Shown: piece by piece, positions 18,852 to 28,397 of the stretch
Layout of the letters: each line of letters starts with the position of its first letter
Position numbering within the stretch: position 1 is the first letter of the stretch
NCBI GenBank assembly: GCA_045530975.1
Contig: JAZSDB010000189.1
Span: forward strand, 1-36,901
DNA from: Eubacteriales bacterium
GTDB lineage: Bacteria; Bacillota; Clostridia; Oscillospirales; CAG-382
DNA: 36,901 nucleotides
Direction: 5' to 3'
Made by a program: the position numbers and the translations under genes
Notes under the pieces: generated by a model
The model's database searches: none
Told to the model about the DNA's origin: nothing
Seen by the model: only the letters and a program-made list of their open reading frames with translations

Positions 18852-19652
18852 TTAGAGCAATGTAATGCCTATTAAGCAAGCAACCGTTAAGGTAGCAACG
18901 GGAATGATGCTGTCGAAACGGTCCAGCACACCACCGTGGCCGGGGAAAATCTTACCGTAATCCTTTACATCGAAGCGACGCTTGATTACCGATGCGGAAA
19001 GGTCTCCAAATTGGCTTATAACAGACAAGGGCAAGCCGATAACGCCCAAATAGAAGGGGTTGCCCGAAAGGTAAAAGACGAGCATCGCAGCAAGGGTGCC
19101 GAAAAGGGTTCCGCCGATGGCGCCTGCAATTGTCTTTTTGGGAGAAATATTGGGACAGAGCTTCTTTTTGCCAAAGAGCATTCCGCTGAAATAAGCAAAG
19201 GTATCGGTCGCCCAAGCGATGGAAAGCACCAAAGCCACAGACCACAAGCCAAAAATCAATCTCAAAGCAGAAAGAGCGGTAAAGCCGGCTGTAATATAGA
19301 TAGCCAAGGCAAAAAACATTAACAGACGTTCAATATCGATATTCTTGTGGTCCAAAACCGAGAGGACAAGGAATCCGATAAGGCAAACGGGAACAAGCCC
19401 CAACAAAAGAGAGATGCAGAAATTGAAATGAGATCTGAGCATCATGGGGAGAAGAGGACATAACGCTGAAATCAGGATGGAGGGGATGGAAATCATCCAC
19501 TTTTTGAAAAGCCCGCAGCAGGTGAGCATTTCATAAATGCAAAAGCCGGAGATTAAAGCAAAGAGCGCAGCCACTCCCCAGATACCGCCCCAGATAAGGA
19601 TGGGAATGAGAAGTGCCAAGGCCACTATGGCGGTGATTATTCTTGTTACCAT
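18852..19652 (-). CDS. cdsA: Phosphatidate cytidylyltransferase (CdsA)
   Basis: Polytopic membrane protein with the CTP-transferase signature GDLSASVIKRRFDVKDYGKIFPGHGGVLDRFDS. Confidence 0.92.
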   Translation of the reverse strand: MVTRIITAIVALALLIPILIWGGIWGVAALFALISGFCIYEMLTCCGLFKKWMISIPSILISALCPLLPMMLRSHFNFCISLLLGLVPVCLIGFLVLSVLDHKNIDIERLLMFFALAIYITAGFTALSALRLIFGLWSVALVLSIAWATDTFAYFSGMLFGKKKLCPNISPKKTIAGAIGGTLFGTLAAMLVFYLSGNPFYLGVIGLPLSVISQFGDLSASVIKRRFDVKDYGKIFPGHGGVLDRFDSIIPVATLTVACLIGITLL

Positions 19653-19658
19653 AAAACT

Positions 19659-20354
19659 TTACCTCCCGAAGCGGCGTTCCCGCTTTGAATATGATTGGAT
19701 TGCCTCCAAAAGCTGTTCCTTATGAAAATCGGGCCAGCAGACATCGGCGAAATAATATTCCGCATAAGCCGACTGCCATAAAAGGAAGTTGGAGATGCGG
19801 TATTCTCCGCTGGTACGGATAACCAGATCGGGGTCCGGCAGACCTGCGGTATAAAGATTGGCATCTATATCCTCGGCCGTAATATCGGTTTTTCCCTGTG
19901 CGGCAAGACGGTTATAGGCCTGAACAAGCTCCTGACGTCCACCGTAGGAAAGGCAGATGCAGAGCACCATTCCGCTGTTATTGGCGGAGCGCTCCTCTAC
20001 CCCTCGGAGGGCATCTCTGTACTTTGGCTCAAAGCGGTCTATATCCCCTGCCAAATGGAGGCGCACATTGTTTTTGTGAAGCTCGGGCTCGTACTTTACA
20101 ATGCCGTTGCTCATCAATTCCATCAAAGCGGATACCTCGCTTTGCTCTCTGTTCCAATTTTCGGAAGAAAAGGCATAAACAGTGAGGCAATCAACCTTGA
20201 GCTCGTTGCAGGCATCCACAATTTCTACAAATCTGTCCAAGCCAACCTTGTGGCCTGCTGTACGGGGCAAAAGACGCCGTTTTGCCCAGCGTCCGTTACC
20301 GTCCATTATTATAGCAATATGCCTTGGTATAATTAATTCGGGCATTATTTTCAC
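19659..20354 (-). CDS. uppS: Isoprenyl transferase (undecaprenyl-diphosphate synthase, UppS)
   Basis: HIAIIMDGNGRWA and IRTSGEYRISNFLLWQSAYAE motifs. The ORF-track start is GTG (20352-20354). The ATG at 20345 has better spacing to a GGGGTGA SD and may be the true start. Confidence 0.93.
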   Translation of the reverse strand: MKIMPELIIPRHIAIIMDGNGRWAKRRLLPRTAGHKVGLDRFVEIVDACNELKVDCLTVYAFSSENWNREQSEVSALMELMSNGIVKYEPELHKNNVRLHLAGDIDRFEPKYRDALRGVEERSANNSGMVLCICLSYGGRQELVQAYNRLAAQGKTDITAEDIDANLYTAGLPDPDLVIRTSGEYRISNFLLWQSAYAEYYFADVCWPDFHKEQLLEAIQSYSKRERRFGR

Positions 20355-20383
20355 CCCATATATAACGTTTTAAGAATAAGCGC

Positions 20384-20935
20384 TTAGATTTCCATAATTT
20401 CCTTGTCTTTTTTAGCAACCGTTGCATCAACTTCCTTGATGATCTTGTCGGTTACATCCTGGATGGTCTTTTCTGCATTCTTGAGATCATCCTCGGTGAT
20501 TTCGGAATTCTTCTTCATTGCCTTTGCGGCATCGTTTGCCTCACGGCGGATATTACGGATAGCAACCTTGCAGTCTTCACCCATTTTTGCGGTTTTCTTG
20601 GTGAGCTCTTTTCTGCGTTCCTCGGTAAGTGCGGGGAAAACAAGACGGATGCATTTGCCGTCATTGGTAGGAGTGATTCCCACATCGGAGGCAAGAATTG
20701 CCTTTTCGATTTCCTTGAGCATGCTTGCTTCCCAAGGAGTGATAACAAGAGTTCTTGCATCGGATGCCTTGATGGTAGCTACGCCGTCAAGACCGGTAGG
20801 AGTGCCATAGTAGGGCACGGTGATTTTGTCGAGCACCTTGGCGCTGGCTCTGCCAACACGGATAGTAGCAAAATCCTCCTCGAGAACGCTTATGCTCTTT
20901 TTCATTTTCGCTTCGTAGGGTTTAATGTCAAACAT
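20384..20935 (-). CDS. frr: Ribosome recycling factor
   Basis: 183 aa with typical RRF sequence (FATIRVGRASAKVLD, ITPTNDG, LTEERRKELTK). It sits in the conserved pyrH-frr-uppS-cdsA order. Confidence 0.95.
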   Translation of the reverse strand: MFDIKPYEAKMKKSISVLEEDFATIRVGRASAKVLDKITVPYYGTPTGLDGVATIKASDARTLVITPWEASMLKEIEKAILASDVGITPTNDGKCIRLVFPALTEERRKELTKKTAKMGEDCKVAIRNIRREANDAAKAMKKNSEITEDDLKNAEKTIQDVTDKIIKEVDATVAKKDKEIMEI

Positions 20936-20973
20936 GGTTAATACCTTCCTTTATTTGTGTTATTATATATAAT

Positions 20974-21681
20974 TTAATTATGGAGCAAAGTACCGATTTT
21001 CTCACCGTTGGCGGCAAGAATGATATTTTCGGGGTCGGACAAGGGGAAGAGAACGGTTTTTATTCCGTTTTCCGCACCGATAGCCGCCGCACTGTGATCG
21101 ATGGCCTTTAAGCCAAGGGAGAGCATTTCGGAATAGGTGAGTTCATCGAACTTTTTGGCATCGGGATATTTTGCGGGGTCCTTATCGTAAACGCCGTCAA
21201 CGTTCTTTGCGGAAAGAACGGCATCGCACTTCAGCTCTGCCGCACGGAGCATCATACCGGTATCGGTGGAAAAGAATGGGTAGCCGACGCCGCAGGCAAG
21301 GATTACCACATTGCCCTGCTCCATATATTCGATGGCCTTGTACTGAGCATAGGTTTCGCAAAACTGCTGAATCTGTACAGCGCTCATCACACGGGCATTT
21401 ACGCCTGATTTGATGATATAATCCTGCATGGCAATGGAATTGATAAGTGTGGCAAGCATACCCATATGGTCACCGCGCACACGGTCAACATCCAAGCCGT
21501 TTTGTCTGGCACCGCGCCATATATTGCCTGCGCCGATAACCACACATACCTGAGTGCCCTTATTGGCAAGGTTTGCAATTACCTTAGAAACACGGTCGAG
21601 CATTTCACCGCTTAAAATGGTTTTTTCACCGGAAAGTGCCTCACCGCTTAATTTGATTAGAACTCGTTTGTATTCCGCCAT
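20974..21681 (-). CDS. pyrH: UMP kinase
   Basis: YKRVLIKLSGEAL N-terminus and an amino-acid-kinase fold (GAGNIWRG, VDGVYDKDP). Length is 235 aa. Confidence 0.95.
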   Translation of the reverse strand: MAEYKRVLIKLSGEALSGEKTILSGEMLDRVSKVIANLANKGTQVCVVIGAGNIWRGARQNGLDVDRVRGDHMGMLATLINSIAMQDYIIKSGVNARVMSAVQIQQFCETYAQYKAIEYMEQGNVVILACGVGYPFFSTDTGMMLRAAELKCDAVLSAKNVDGVYDKDPAKYPDAKKFDELTYSEMLSLGLKAIDHSAAAIGAENGIKTVLFPLSDPENIILAANGEKIGTLLHN

Positions 21682-21684
21682 TTT

Positions 21685-23019
21685 TTATTCCTCGCTTTCG
21701 CTTACGGATTCTGATTTATTGATAAACACCCTGTAAATGGGGTTTAAATCCTCTATCATACCGCAACAGTATGCGGTGTACGGATTTATCTTTGCATTGT
21801 CCAATTTTTCCGATTTGAAAATATCCTGCGGGAAGTAAACATTGTAAAGCTCCTTCAAGGGCTCAGAAAGCTCATCGAAAAGCTGACTCTCGCCGCCCAG
21901 CAAAGCAAGCATATTACGTGTTATTTCATCTGCGGTGGTATTTGTTCCCACAAAGGTTCGCTCTGCGAAATAGAGCTCGGTAGTGCTTTTTCCGTCATAA
22001 CGCTTATAAAGGGGCTCGGTTTCACGGTTGAAGCAAACCGCAAATACGTAATTATCGTATTTTTGCAGGTCGTCAAAATGGCTTTCCGCAAGATTACGAA
22101 GATTTCCAAAGCCGGTTTCACTGAAGAAGATATCAAAGGGCAGGTCGCCGCTTCCGATAGCACCGAAATGTTCAAATTCGACAGCTTCATAGGTTATATT
22201 GGCGTTACCCCCAAGATCTTCGCACTGCTGAAGCAGATAATCGAAGGAGGTCTTTATCTTTTCGTGAAAAGCTTTTTCCGGTTCATCGCTTTTTGGGTCA
22301 AAGGATGAATTACTATCGGAAATAAAAAGCTCGATAACCAAAATGTCGCCATTAAAGCTTGAGAAGGAGCCCTTTCCCGAGCAGAGCGGCTTTTCGGCAA
22401 TTTCATCATCCCTTGCGATGCAGTTATACAAGCTCTTTTCTAAAAGCCAGTGATTATTTTCATACACCGCCTTCAAGGCAGCTTCCCTGCCGCTTAAGCT
22501 TTTAAGCTTGATTACCTTAACGGTATCTATTTCCGTGTTTTCTATGCTCAGAGAAGACACATCGGCATAATCGGTAAAGGAGCTGCCGACATAGAAGAAT
22601 ACCGAGGTTTTTCCGTCATTGTTTTTTACTGCGGGTAATTCATCGTCGGGATAGCTTAAGAAAAAGGCACTTTCCCGTGATGTAATTGAATAGGTGGAGG
22701 AAAGCAACTCTTCCAGCGAAGAATACAAGCAAAATTCATTATCCTCGGCTACCGATTCATAAGCGGGAGCTTTGCTTTTGCTCAAAATACCGTTGATGAA
22801 AATATCGATGATTTTCTTATCTTGTTCAATAAGCTTTCCGGCTTCCTCCAAGGACAGCTCAACAGCAGGTGCTGTGGATTCATCGGCAGAGCTAATCGAA
22901 GGTTGAGCAGAGGAGCTTCCCTCTGAAGAGGAGCAGGAAACAAAAGAAAACACAAGAAAAACAAGAAGGAAAAGAGCCGCTGTTTTAATTGAAAACAGCT
23001 TTTTATAATTACTTTTCAT
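21685..23019 (-). CDS. Hypothetical lipoprotein (444 aa), no recognisable domain
   Basis: Classical lipoprotein signal: MKSNYKK, then a hydrophobic core, then lipobox FVSC followed by a Ser-rich linker (SSSEGSSSAQPSISS). The rest matches no family I recognise. The gene ends 3 nt before pyrH. No strong SD. Confidence 0.75.
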   Translation of the reverse strand: MKSNYKKLFSIKTAALFLLVFLVFSFVSCSSSEGSSSAQPSISSADESTAPAVELSLEEAGKLIEQDKKIIDIFINGILSKSKAPAYESVAEDNEFCLYSSLEELLSSTYSITSRESAFFLSYPDDELPAVKNNDGKTSVFFYVGSSFTDYADVSSLSIENTEIDTVKVIKLKSLSGREAALKAVYENNHWLLEKSLYNCIARDDEIAEKPLCSGKGSFSSFNGDILVIELFISDSNSSFDPKSDEPEKAFHEKIKTSFDYLLQQCEDLGGNANITYEAVEFEHFGAIGSGDLPFDIFFSETGFGNLRNLAESHFDDLQKYDNYVFAVCFNRETEPLYKRYDGKSTTELYFAERTFVGTNTTADEITRNMLALLGGESQLFDELSEPLKELYNVYFPQDIFKSEKLDNAKINPYTAYCCGMIEDLNPIYRVFINKSESVSESEE

Positions 23020-23039
23020 TTTCTGTAAAACACACTTTT

Positions 23040-23062
23040 CAATTGATATATAATATCAATTG
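23040..23062. promoter_or_regulatory. Perfect 23-bp palindrome (candidate operator) over the predicted transcription start
   Basis: caattgatat-ata-atatcaattg has 10-bp perfect arms and a 3-bp centre. It starts 1 nt downstream of the TATAAT box and ends 20 nt before the lipoprotein ATG. A third CAATTG hexamer lies in the promoter spacer (23075-23080). Confidence 0.55.
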
Positions 23063-23063
23063 T

Positions 23064-23092
23064 ATTATAGCAGACAATTGCGCCGATAGCAA
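23064..23092 (-). promoter_or_regulatory. Sigma-A-type promoter for the lipoprotein-pyrH... array
   Basis: On the - strand: TTGCTA (23092-23087), a 17-nt spacer, then TATAAT (23069-23064). Confidence 0.55.
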
Positions 23093-23104
23093 TAGAAAAA
23101 TGTC

Positions 23105-23710
23105 TTAAAATAGAATATTCTCACGAACTGTACGCAACACTTTTACATCGGGTGCAAAAAAGGACATTACGTAGGAGGGATTGAGATAATCATTGCCTGC
23201 GGCGGGAAGCTCGATATGCAAAATAATCACATTATCGATTTTTTCAAGGCCGATAAACTTTATCACAGGAGCTATATCCACAACAATTTCGCCCTTCTTG
23301 GATCGTTTTGTCACGGGCATTGCACCGTCAAAGGCATCGGAAATTCTTTCCATCGGCAGGTCGGAAACAAATTCCACACGCCACACGGCACGCTTGGTTA
23401 ACAGTTTTCTGTCTGCTACCCAAACATCTATGATATCCATTCCGGGGAATGCCACTCTTTGAAGCTTTTCCTTGATTTCCTCCATAGGCAGGTCTTCGTT
23501 GATACGGAAATCCATCAATTCCCTCTCCCCCTCCTGATATATAGACAGAGGGAGCGCGATATTAAGGCGGGGATGGGGGTTGAAGCCCTCACTGTATCCG
23601 ATAGGAAGTCCGCTCCTTACAAGCATTCTGTGGACAGCACGCTGCAGGTCCAGATGGGAGATATATTTAAGCTTTCCGGTTTTTGTGAAGCAAACACGAA
23701 TATCAGCCAT
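23105..23710 (-). CDS. Radical-SAM-linked protein (DUF2344 / TIGR03936-type)
   Basis: MADIRVCFTKTGKLKYISHLDLQRAVHRMLVRSGLPIGYSEGFNPHPRLNIALPL matches my memory of the DUF2344 family N-terminus. I chose the ATG at 23710, which overlaps the upstream stop as ATGGCTGA. The 17-codon ORF-track extension to 23761 lies inside the upstream gene. Confidence 0.8.
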   Translation of the reverse strand: MADIRVCFTKTGKLKYISHLDLQRAVHRMLVRSGLPIGYSEGFNPHPRLNIALPLSIYQEGERELMDFRINEDLPMEEIKEKLQRVAFPGMDIIDVWVADRKLLTKRAVWRVEFVSDLPMERISDAFDGAMPVTKRSKKGEIVVDIAPVIKFIGLEKIDNVIILHIELPAAGNDYLNPSYVMSFFAPDVKVLRTVRENILF

Positions 23711-25565
23711 TTTCCTTACCTCCGTCACAAATACATTTACCGTCGCAAAGAGCAGATGCACCGCATCCCGAGCATTTTGTACGGCAATCGGGAGTGGTCT
23801 CTGCCTTTAAAGCACGGGCGTATTCCAGTTTCATAAACTTTTTGGTAACACCGATATCAATGAAATCCCAAGGGAGAATTTCATCTATTCCAAATCGGCG
23901 GTTTGCATAGAAGGAGGGATCGATACCGGCTTTTTCAAAGACGGATATCCATTTTTCGTAGCTGAAGTGCTCGTCCCAACCGTCAAGCATAATATTTTCA
24001 TTATAAGCCGTCAGCAGCGCCTTGCTCAAACGGCGGTCACCTCGGGCAAAAACCGCTTCTATACGAGAGACCTGAGCATCGTGATATTTGTAAGAAATTT
24101 TCTTGGTGGTAATGGCACCCTTGAGAAGCTGTTGCTTACGTTCAAGTTCCTCCAAGCTATCCTGAGGTTCCCACTGAAAGGGGGTAAAGGGCTTGGGAAC
24201 AAAGCAGGAAACGCTTACGGTAACATTTACTCCCCTGCCTCCGAAACGTGTTTTGGAATAATATGTATTTACAATATTCTGTCCCAATGCGGCAATGCCT
24301 AAAATATCATCGTCGGTTTCGGTGGGAAGTCCGTTCATAAAATAGAGCTTCAAGCTGTTTCTGCCGCCGTCAAAGGCCTTGGAAACTGCCGAAATAATCT
24401 CTTCCTCGGTGATATTTTTATTTATAACATCTCTCAGACGCTGGGTACCTGCTTCGGGAGCAAAGGTCAGACCGCTTTTGCGAACCGAGGACACCTTTTC
24501 AAGCAATTCCTCATAGAAATTATCAATGCGCATAGAGGGGAGCGAAAGGTTTACCTTTTTTTCGTTTGTCCAAGGAAGAAGCTTATCTATAAGCTTGGGA
24601 AGGTGCGTATAATCGCTGATGGACAGCGAAGTAAGCGAGATTTCCGAATAGCCGGTATGATCGATAGCGGCTCTTGCATCGGCATCCAGCACCTCGGGAG
24701 ATTTTTCTCTGTAAGGGCGGTAAATCATACCTGCCTGACAGAAGCGGCAACCTCTTATACAGCCGCGGAACACCTCCAGCATAACACGGTCGTGAACGGT
24801 TTCCAGAAAAGGCACCGAGCACTGACGGGGGAAATACACCTTATCAAGCTCACTGATAATACGTTTTTTTACGTTACCGGGAACATCATCGTATTTTGGA
24901 GTGAAGGAGGCAATGGTACCGTCATCATTATACTTTACATCGTATAGCGAGGGCACATAAAAGCCCTCCAGCTGAGCAGCTCTGCGCAAAAGCTCTTCTC
25001 TGCCTATTCCCTTTTCCTTGCATTCCTTTACCAAGGATGCAAATTCAACCAAGGCCTCCTCGCCCTCACCGATGGAAAACACATCCACAAAATCGGCAAT
25101 AGGTTCGGGGTTATAGGCGCAGGGGCCGCCTGCGATAATGATAGGGTGAGATTGATCTCTTTCGGAGGAAAGCAGTGGGATGCCCGCAAGGCCGAGCATT
25201 TGCAGAACGTTGGTATAGCAAAGCTCATACTGAAGAGTGAAGGCCACAATATCAAAGGCATTCAACGGGTCGCCGCTTTCCAGGGCATAAAGAGGAACAT
25301 TGTTTTTCACAAGCTGTTCTCTCATATCTGTCCAAGGCATATAGCAACGCTCACAGCTGACATAGCCGGTAGCATTCAATGCGCCGGAAAGTATTTTCAT
25401 GCCCAGATTTGACATACCGATTTCATAGGTATCGGGGAAGCAGAAGCAGGCACGCACTGCCGCATTTTCAGGAGAAGGTACATCGGATGCATATTCTCCG
25501 CCCACATAGCGGCCAGGCTTTTCAACCTTTTCCAGCAGAGGGGCATATTTTTCAAAATCTACCAT
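23703..25565 (-). CDS. Uncharacterised radical SAM protein (TIGR03960-type, B12-binding-like N-terminal domain)
   Basis: VEKPGRYVGGEY N-terminus and CxxxCxxC radical SAM cluster motif (RGCIRGCRFCQAG). The C-terminal tail has 7 Cys (CRTKCSGCGASALCDGKCICDG). It is paired with the DUF2344-type gene. Confidence 0.82.
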   Translation of the reverse strand: MVDFEKYAPLLEKVEKPGRYVGGEYASDVPSPENAAVRACFCFPDTYEIGMSNLGMKILSGALNATGYVSCERCYMPWTDMREQLVKNNVPLYALESGDPLNAFDIVAFTLQYELCYTNVLQMLGLAGIPLLSSERDQSHPIIIAGGPCAYNPEPIADFVDVFSIGEGEEALVEFASLVKECKEKGIGREELLRRAAQLEGFYVPSLYDVKYNDDGTIASFTPKYDDVPGNVKKRIISELDKVYFPRQCSVPFLETVHDRVMLEVFRGCIRGCRFCQAGMIYRPYREKSPEVLDADARAAIDHTGYSEISLTSLSISDYTHLPKLIDKLLPWTNEKKVNLSLPSMRIDNFYEELLEKVSSVRKSGLTFAPEAGTQRLRDVINKNITEEEIISAVSKAFDGGRNSLKLYFMNGLPTETDDDILGIAALGQNIVNTYYSKTRFGGRGVNVTVSVSCFVPKPFTPFQWEPQDSLEELERKQQLLKGAITTKKISYKYHDAQVSRIEAVFARGDRRLSKALLTAYNENIMLDGWDEHFSYEKWISVFEKAGIDPSFYANRRFGIDEILPWDFIDIGVTKKFMKLEYARALKAETTPDCRTKCSGCGASALCDGKCICDGGKENG

Positions 25566-25576
25566 GTTTTTGCTCC

Positions 25577-28381
25577 TTAATGCAATTTTTCTCTGAGATA
25601 GAAGCCGGTATAGCTGTTTTCGTTGCTTGCTACCTCCTCGGGTGTGCCTTTGGCTATCACCTTACCGCCGCCATCTCCGCCGTCGGGGCCGAGGTCGATG
25701 ATATAGTCGGCGGTTTTTATAAGATCGAGATTGTGCTCGATAACCACTACGGAATTTCCTGCATCCACTAGCTTTTGCAGAACCGAAACAAGCTTATTTA
25801 CATCGTCGGTATGCAGGCCCGTGGTGGGTTCGTCAAGGACGTAAAGGGTTTTGCCCGTAGCACGGCGGGCGAGCTCATTGGCAAGCTTTACACGCTGTGC
25901 CTCACCGCCTGAAAGCGTGGTGGCGGGCTGACCGATTTTTACATAGCCCAAACCCACATCGCAAAGAGTATCCAATTTTCGCTTGATGGAGGGATAATTT
26001 TGGAAGAATTCCCTGCCCTCATCGCAGGTCATTTCAAGAACATCATAAATAGATTTGCCCTTATATTTAATCTCTAAGGTTTCGTGATTATAACGTCTGC
26101 CCTTACAAACATCGCAGGTAACATACACATCGGGCAGGAAGTGCATTTCTATGGTGAGAGTACCGTCGCCCTTACAGGATTCACAACGGCCGCCTTTAAC
26201 ATTGAAGGAGAAGCGTCCATCGGTATATCCCCTTGCTTTCGAATCGGGCAGAGATGCAAAGACAGCACGGATATCATTGAAAAGACCTATATAGGTAGCA
26301 GGGTTTGAGCGGGGATTTCTGCCGATAGGTGATTGGTCGATCTGGATAATCTTATCGATTTCATCGGCACCGATTATTTCCTTATGCTTACCGGGAATCA
26401 CCGACAGCTTACCCAATTTGCGGGCAAGTGTATTATAAAGCACGCTGTTTACAAGGGAGGATTTTCCCGATCCGGAAACACCGGTAACACAGACAAATTT
26501 ACCCAAGGGGATAGTGACATCAATGCCCTTCAGGTTGTTTTCCTCGGCACCCACCACAGTGATGAATTTACCGTTGCCCGCACGTCTTTGAGCAGGATAG
26601 GTAACCTTCTTTTTACCCGAAAGGTATTGTCCCGTAATAGAATGAGGACATTTTTTAATTTGGGCAGGAGTACCTGTGAAGACAACCTCGCCGCCGTGAA
26701 TACCTGCGCCGGGACCGATATCAACAATAAAATCGGCCTCTTCGATGGTTTCCTCGTCATGCTCCACCACCAAAACGGTATTACCTATATCACGGAGCTG
26801 TTTTAATGTATTTATAAGCTTACGGTTATCACGTTGATGGAGGCCTATGCTCGGCTCGTCCAAAACATACATTACCCCAACAAGGGCACTGCCGATTTGT
26901 GTGGCAAGACGGATACGCTGTGCCTCGCCGCCCGAAAGAGAACCTGCTTTTCTTGAAACAGTGAGGTAACCCAAGCCGACATTTTCCAAAAAGGAAAGAC
27001 GGGAATTGATTTCCTTCAGAATTTCACGGGCAATTTCACCTTCGGTTTTATTTAACTTCAGGTTTGCAAAAAACTTACGGACATTTATTACCGACATAGC
27101 GCACAGCTCGGCAATATTCAGATCTCCCACGGTTACAGCCAGCGATTCCGGCTTAAGTCGCATACCGTGACATACAGGGCAAGGAATATAATCCATAAAC
27201 TGCTCGTAATATTCCTTTGTTTCGTAGCCGCCGCCCATTTTATAGCGGTTTTCTATCATACCGATAACACCCTTGAAGGAGGGCTCCGAAACCGATTTGC
27301 GCTTACGCTTATTGCCGTACATTAAAATGTCGTAGGCCTCTTCGGAAAAGCTTTCGATGGGAGTGTGAACATCAAATCCGTGGTAACGTCCGACGGAATT
27401 GATAAGCTCGGCAAAATATCCGCCCGGATCGGCGCTTTTAAAGCCGTTACACACTATTGCACCGGAAAAGATAGAAAGCGATCTGTCGGGAATCAGCTTT
27501 TCTTCGGAGAAAACATTATTCTCACCCAAGCCGCCGCAGGCCTCGCAGGCGCCCGACGGATTGTTGAAGGAAAAGGAGCGGGGCGATATTTCTCCGATGG
27601 AAACGCCGTGGGTTTTGCAGGCGTAATTCTGCGAGAATATTTTTTCATTATCCTCCCGTTCATCGGGAAGAAGGATTTTTACAATACCGTTTGCAAGCTT
27701 TGATGCGGTTTCTATGGATTCCGCAAGACGGGAGCGCATCTCAGACCCTCTCATTACAAGGCGGTCAACCACAATATCAATATCGTGCTTGAGATTTTTA
27801 TCAAGCTCTATTGTTTCGGAAAGGTCATACATATTGCCATCCACACGGACACGGACATAGCCGCTCTTTTTGGCATCCTCGAAAACCTTTTCGTGCATAC
27901 CCTTTTTTGCCGAAACAACGGGAGCAAGAACCATAAAACGGGTGCCCTCATTAAATTCACATATTTGCTCGACGATTTCATCCACCGTTTGCTGACGTAT
28001 TGCCTCTCCGCAGATAGGACAGTGAGGTATACCTATACGTGCATACAGCAAACGAAGGTAATCGTAGATTTCGGTAACGGTACCGACGGTGGAGCGAGGG
28101 TTACGTGAGGTGGTTTTCTGGTCTATGGCGATAGCGGGAGAAAGGCCCTCGATAAGGTCCACATCCGGCTTATCCAGCTGTCCGAGAAACATTCTGGCGT
28201 AGGAGGACAGCGATTCCACAAAACGTCTGTGTCCCTCGGAATACAGTGTATCGAAAGCAAGACTTGATTTGCCCGAGCCGGAAAGACCTGTAAACACCAC
28301 CAGCTTATCACGGGGGATGGTCACATCGATATTTTTAAGGTTATGAACACGGGCACCTTTTACTACAATTTTATCTGACAT
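25577..28381 (-). CDS. uvrA: Excinuclease ABC subunit A
   Basis: 934 aa with two ABC ATPase modules ([18 protein letters not shown]; LSGGEAQR twice) and zinc-finger CxxC pairs. Confidence 0.97.
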   Translation of the reverse strand: MSDKIVVKGARVHNLKNIDVTIPRDKLVVFTGLSGSGKSSLAFDTLYSEGHRRFVESLSSYARMFLGQLDKPDVDLIEGLSPAIAIDQKTTSRNPRSTVGTVTEIYDYLRLLYARIGIPHCPICGEAIRQQTVDEIVEQICEFNEGTRFMVLAPVVSAKKGMHEKVFEDAKKSGYVRVRVDGNMYDLSETIELDKNLKHDIDIVVDRLVMRGSEMRSRLAESIETASKLANGIVKILLPDEREDNEKIFSQNYACKTHGVSIGEISPRSFSFNNPSGACEACGGLGENNVFSEEKLIPDRSLSIFSGAIVCNGFKSADPGGYFAELINSVGRYHGFDVHTPIESFSEEAYDILMYGNKRKRKSVSEPSFKGVIGMIENRYKMGGGYETKEYYEQFMDYIPCPVCHGMRLKPESLAVTVGDLNIAELCAMSVINVRKFFANLKLNKTEGEIAREILKEINSRLSFLENVGLGYLTVSRKAGSLSGGEAQRIRLATQIGSALVGVMYVLDEPSIGLHQRDNRKLINTLKQLRDIGNTVLVVEHDEETIEEADFIVDIGPGAGIHGGEVVFTGTPAQIKKCPHSITGQYLSGKKKVTYPAQRRAGNGKFITVVGAEENNLKGIDVTIPLGKFVCVTGVSGSGKSSLVNSVLYNTLARKLGKLSVIPGKHKEIIGADEIDKIIQIDQSPIGRNPRSNPATYIGLFNDIRAVFASLPDSKARGYTDGRFSFNVKGGRCESCKGDGTLTIEMHFLPDVYVTCDVCKGRRYNHETLEIKYKGKSIYDVLEMTCDEGREFFQNYPSIKRKLDTLCDVGLGYVKIGQPATTLSGGEAQRVKLANELARRATGKTLYVLDEPTTGLHTDDVNKLVSVLQKLVDAGNSVVVIEHNLDLIKTADYIIDLGPDGGDGGGKVIAKGTPEEVASNENSYTGFYLREKLH

Positions 28382-28397
28382 ATTTCACCTATAAATC

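Noticed and set aside
23040-23062. The palindrome assigned as a Fur, PerR or Zur box, or as the terminator of the DUF2344-type gene.
   Set aside because: It only resembles the AT-rich 7-1-7 style and mismatches each consensus I recall at two or more positions per half-site. As an RNA hairpin it is almost pure A/U and lacks an adjacent U-run. I kept it as an unassigned operator candidate.
23711-23761. A 17-codon extension of the DUF2344-type ORF (MHLLFATVNVFVTEVRK).
   Set aside because: It lies entirely inside the radical SAM gene in another frame. The family-typical N-terminus starts at MADIRV, whose ATG forms an ATGGCTGA overlap with the upstream stop.
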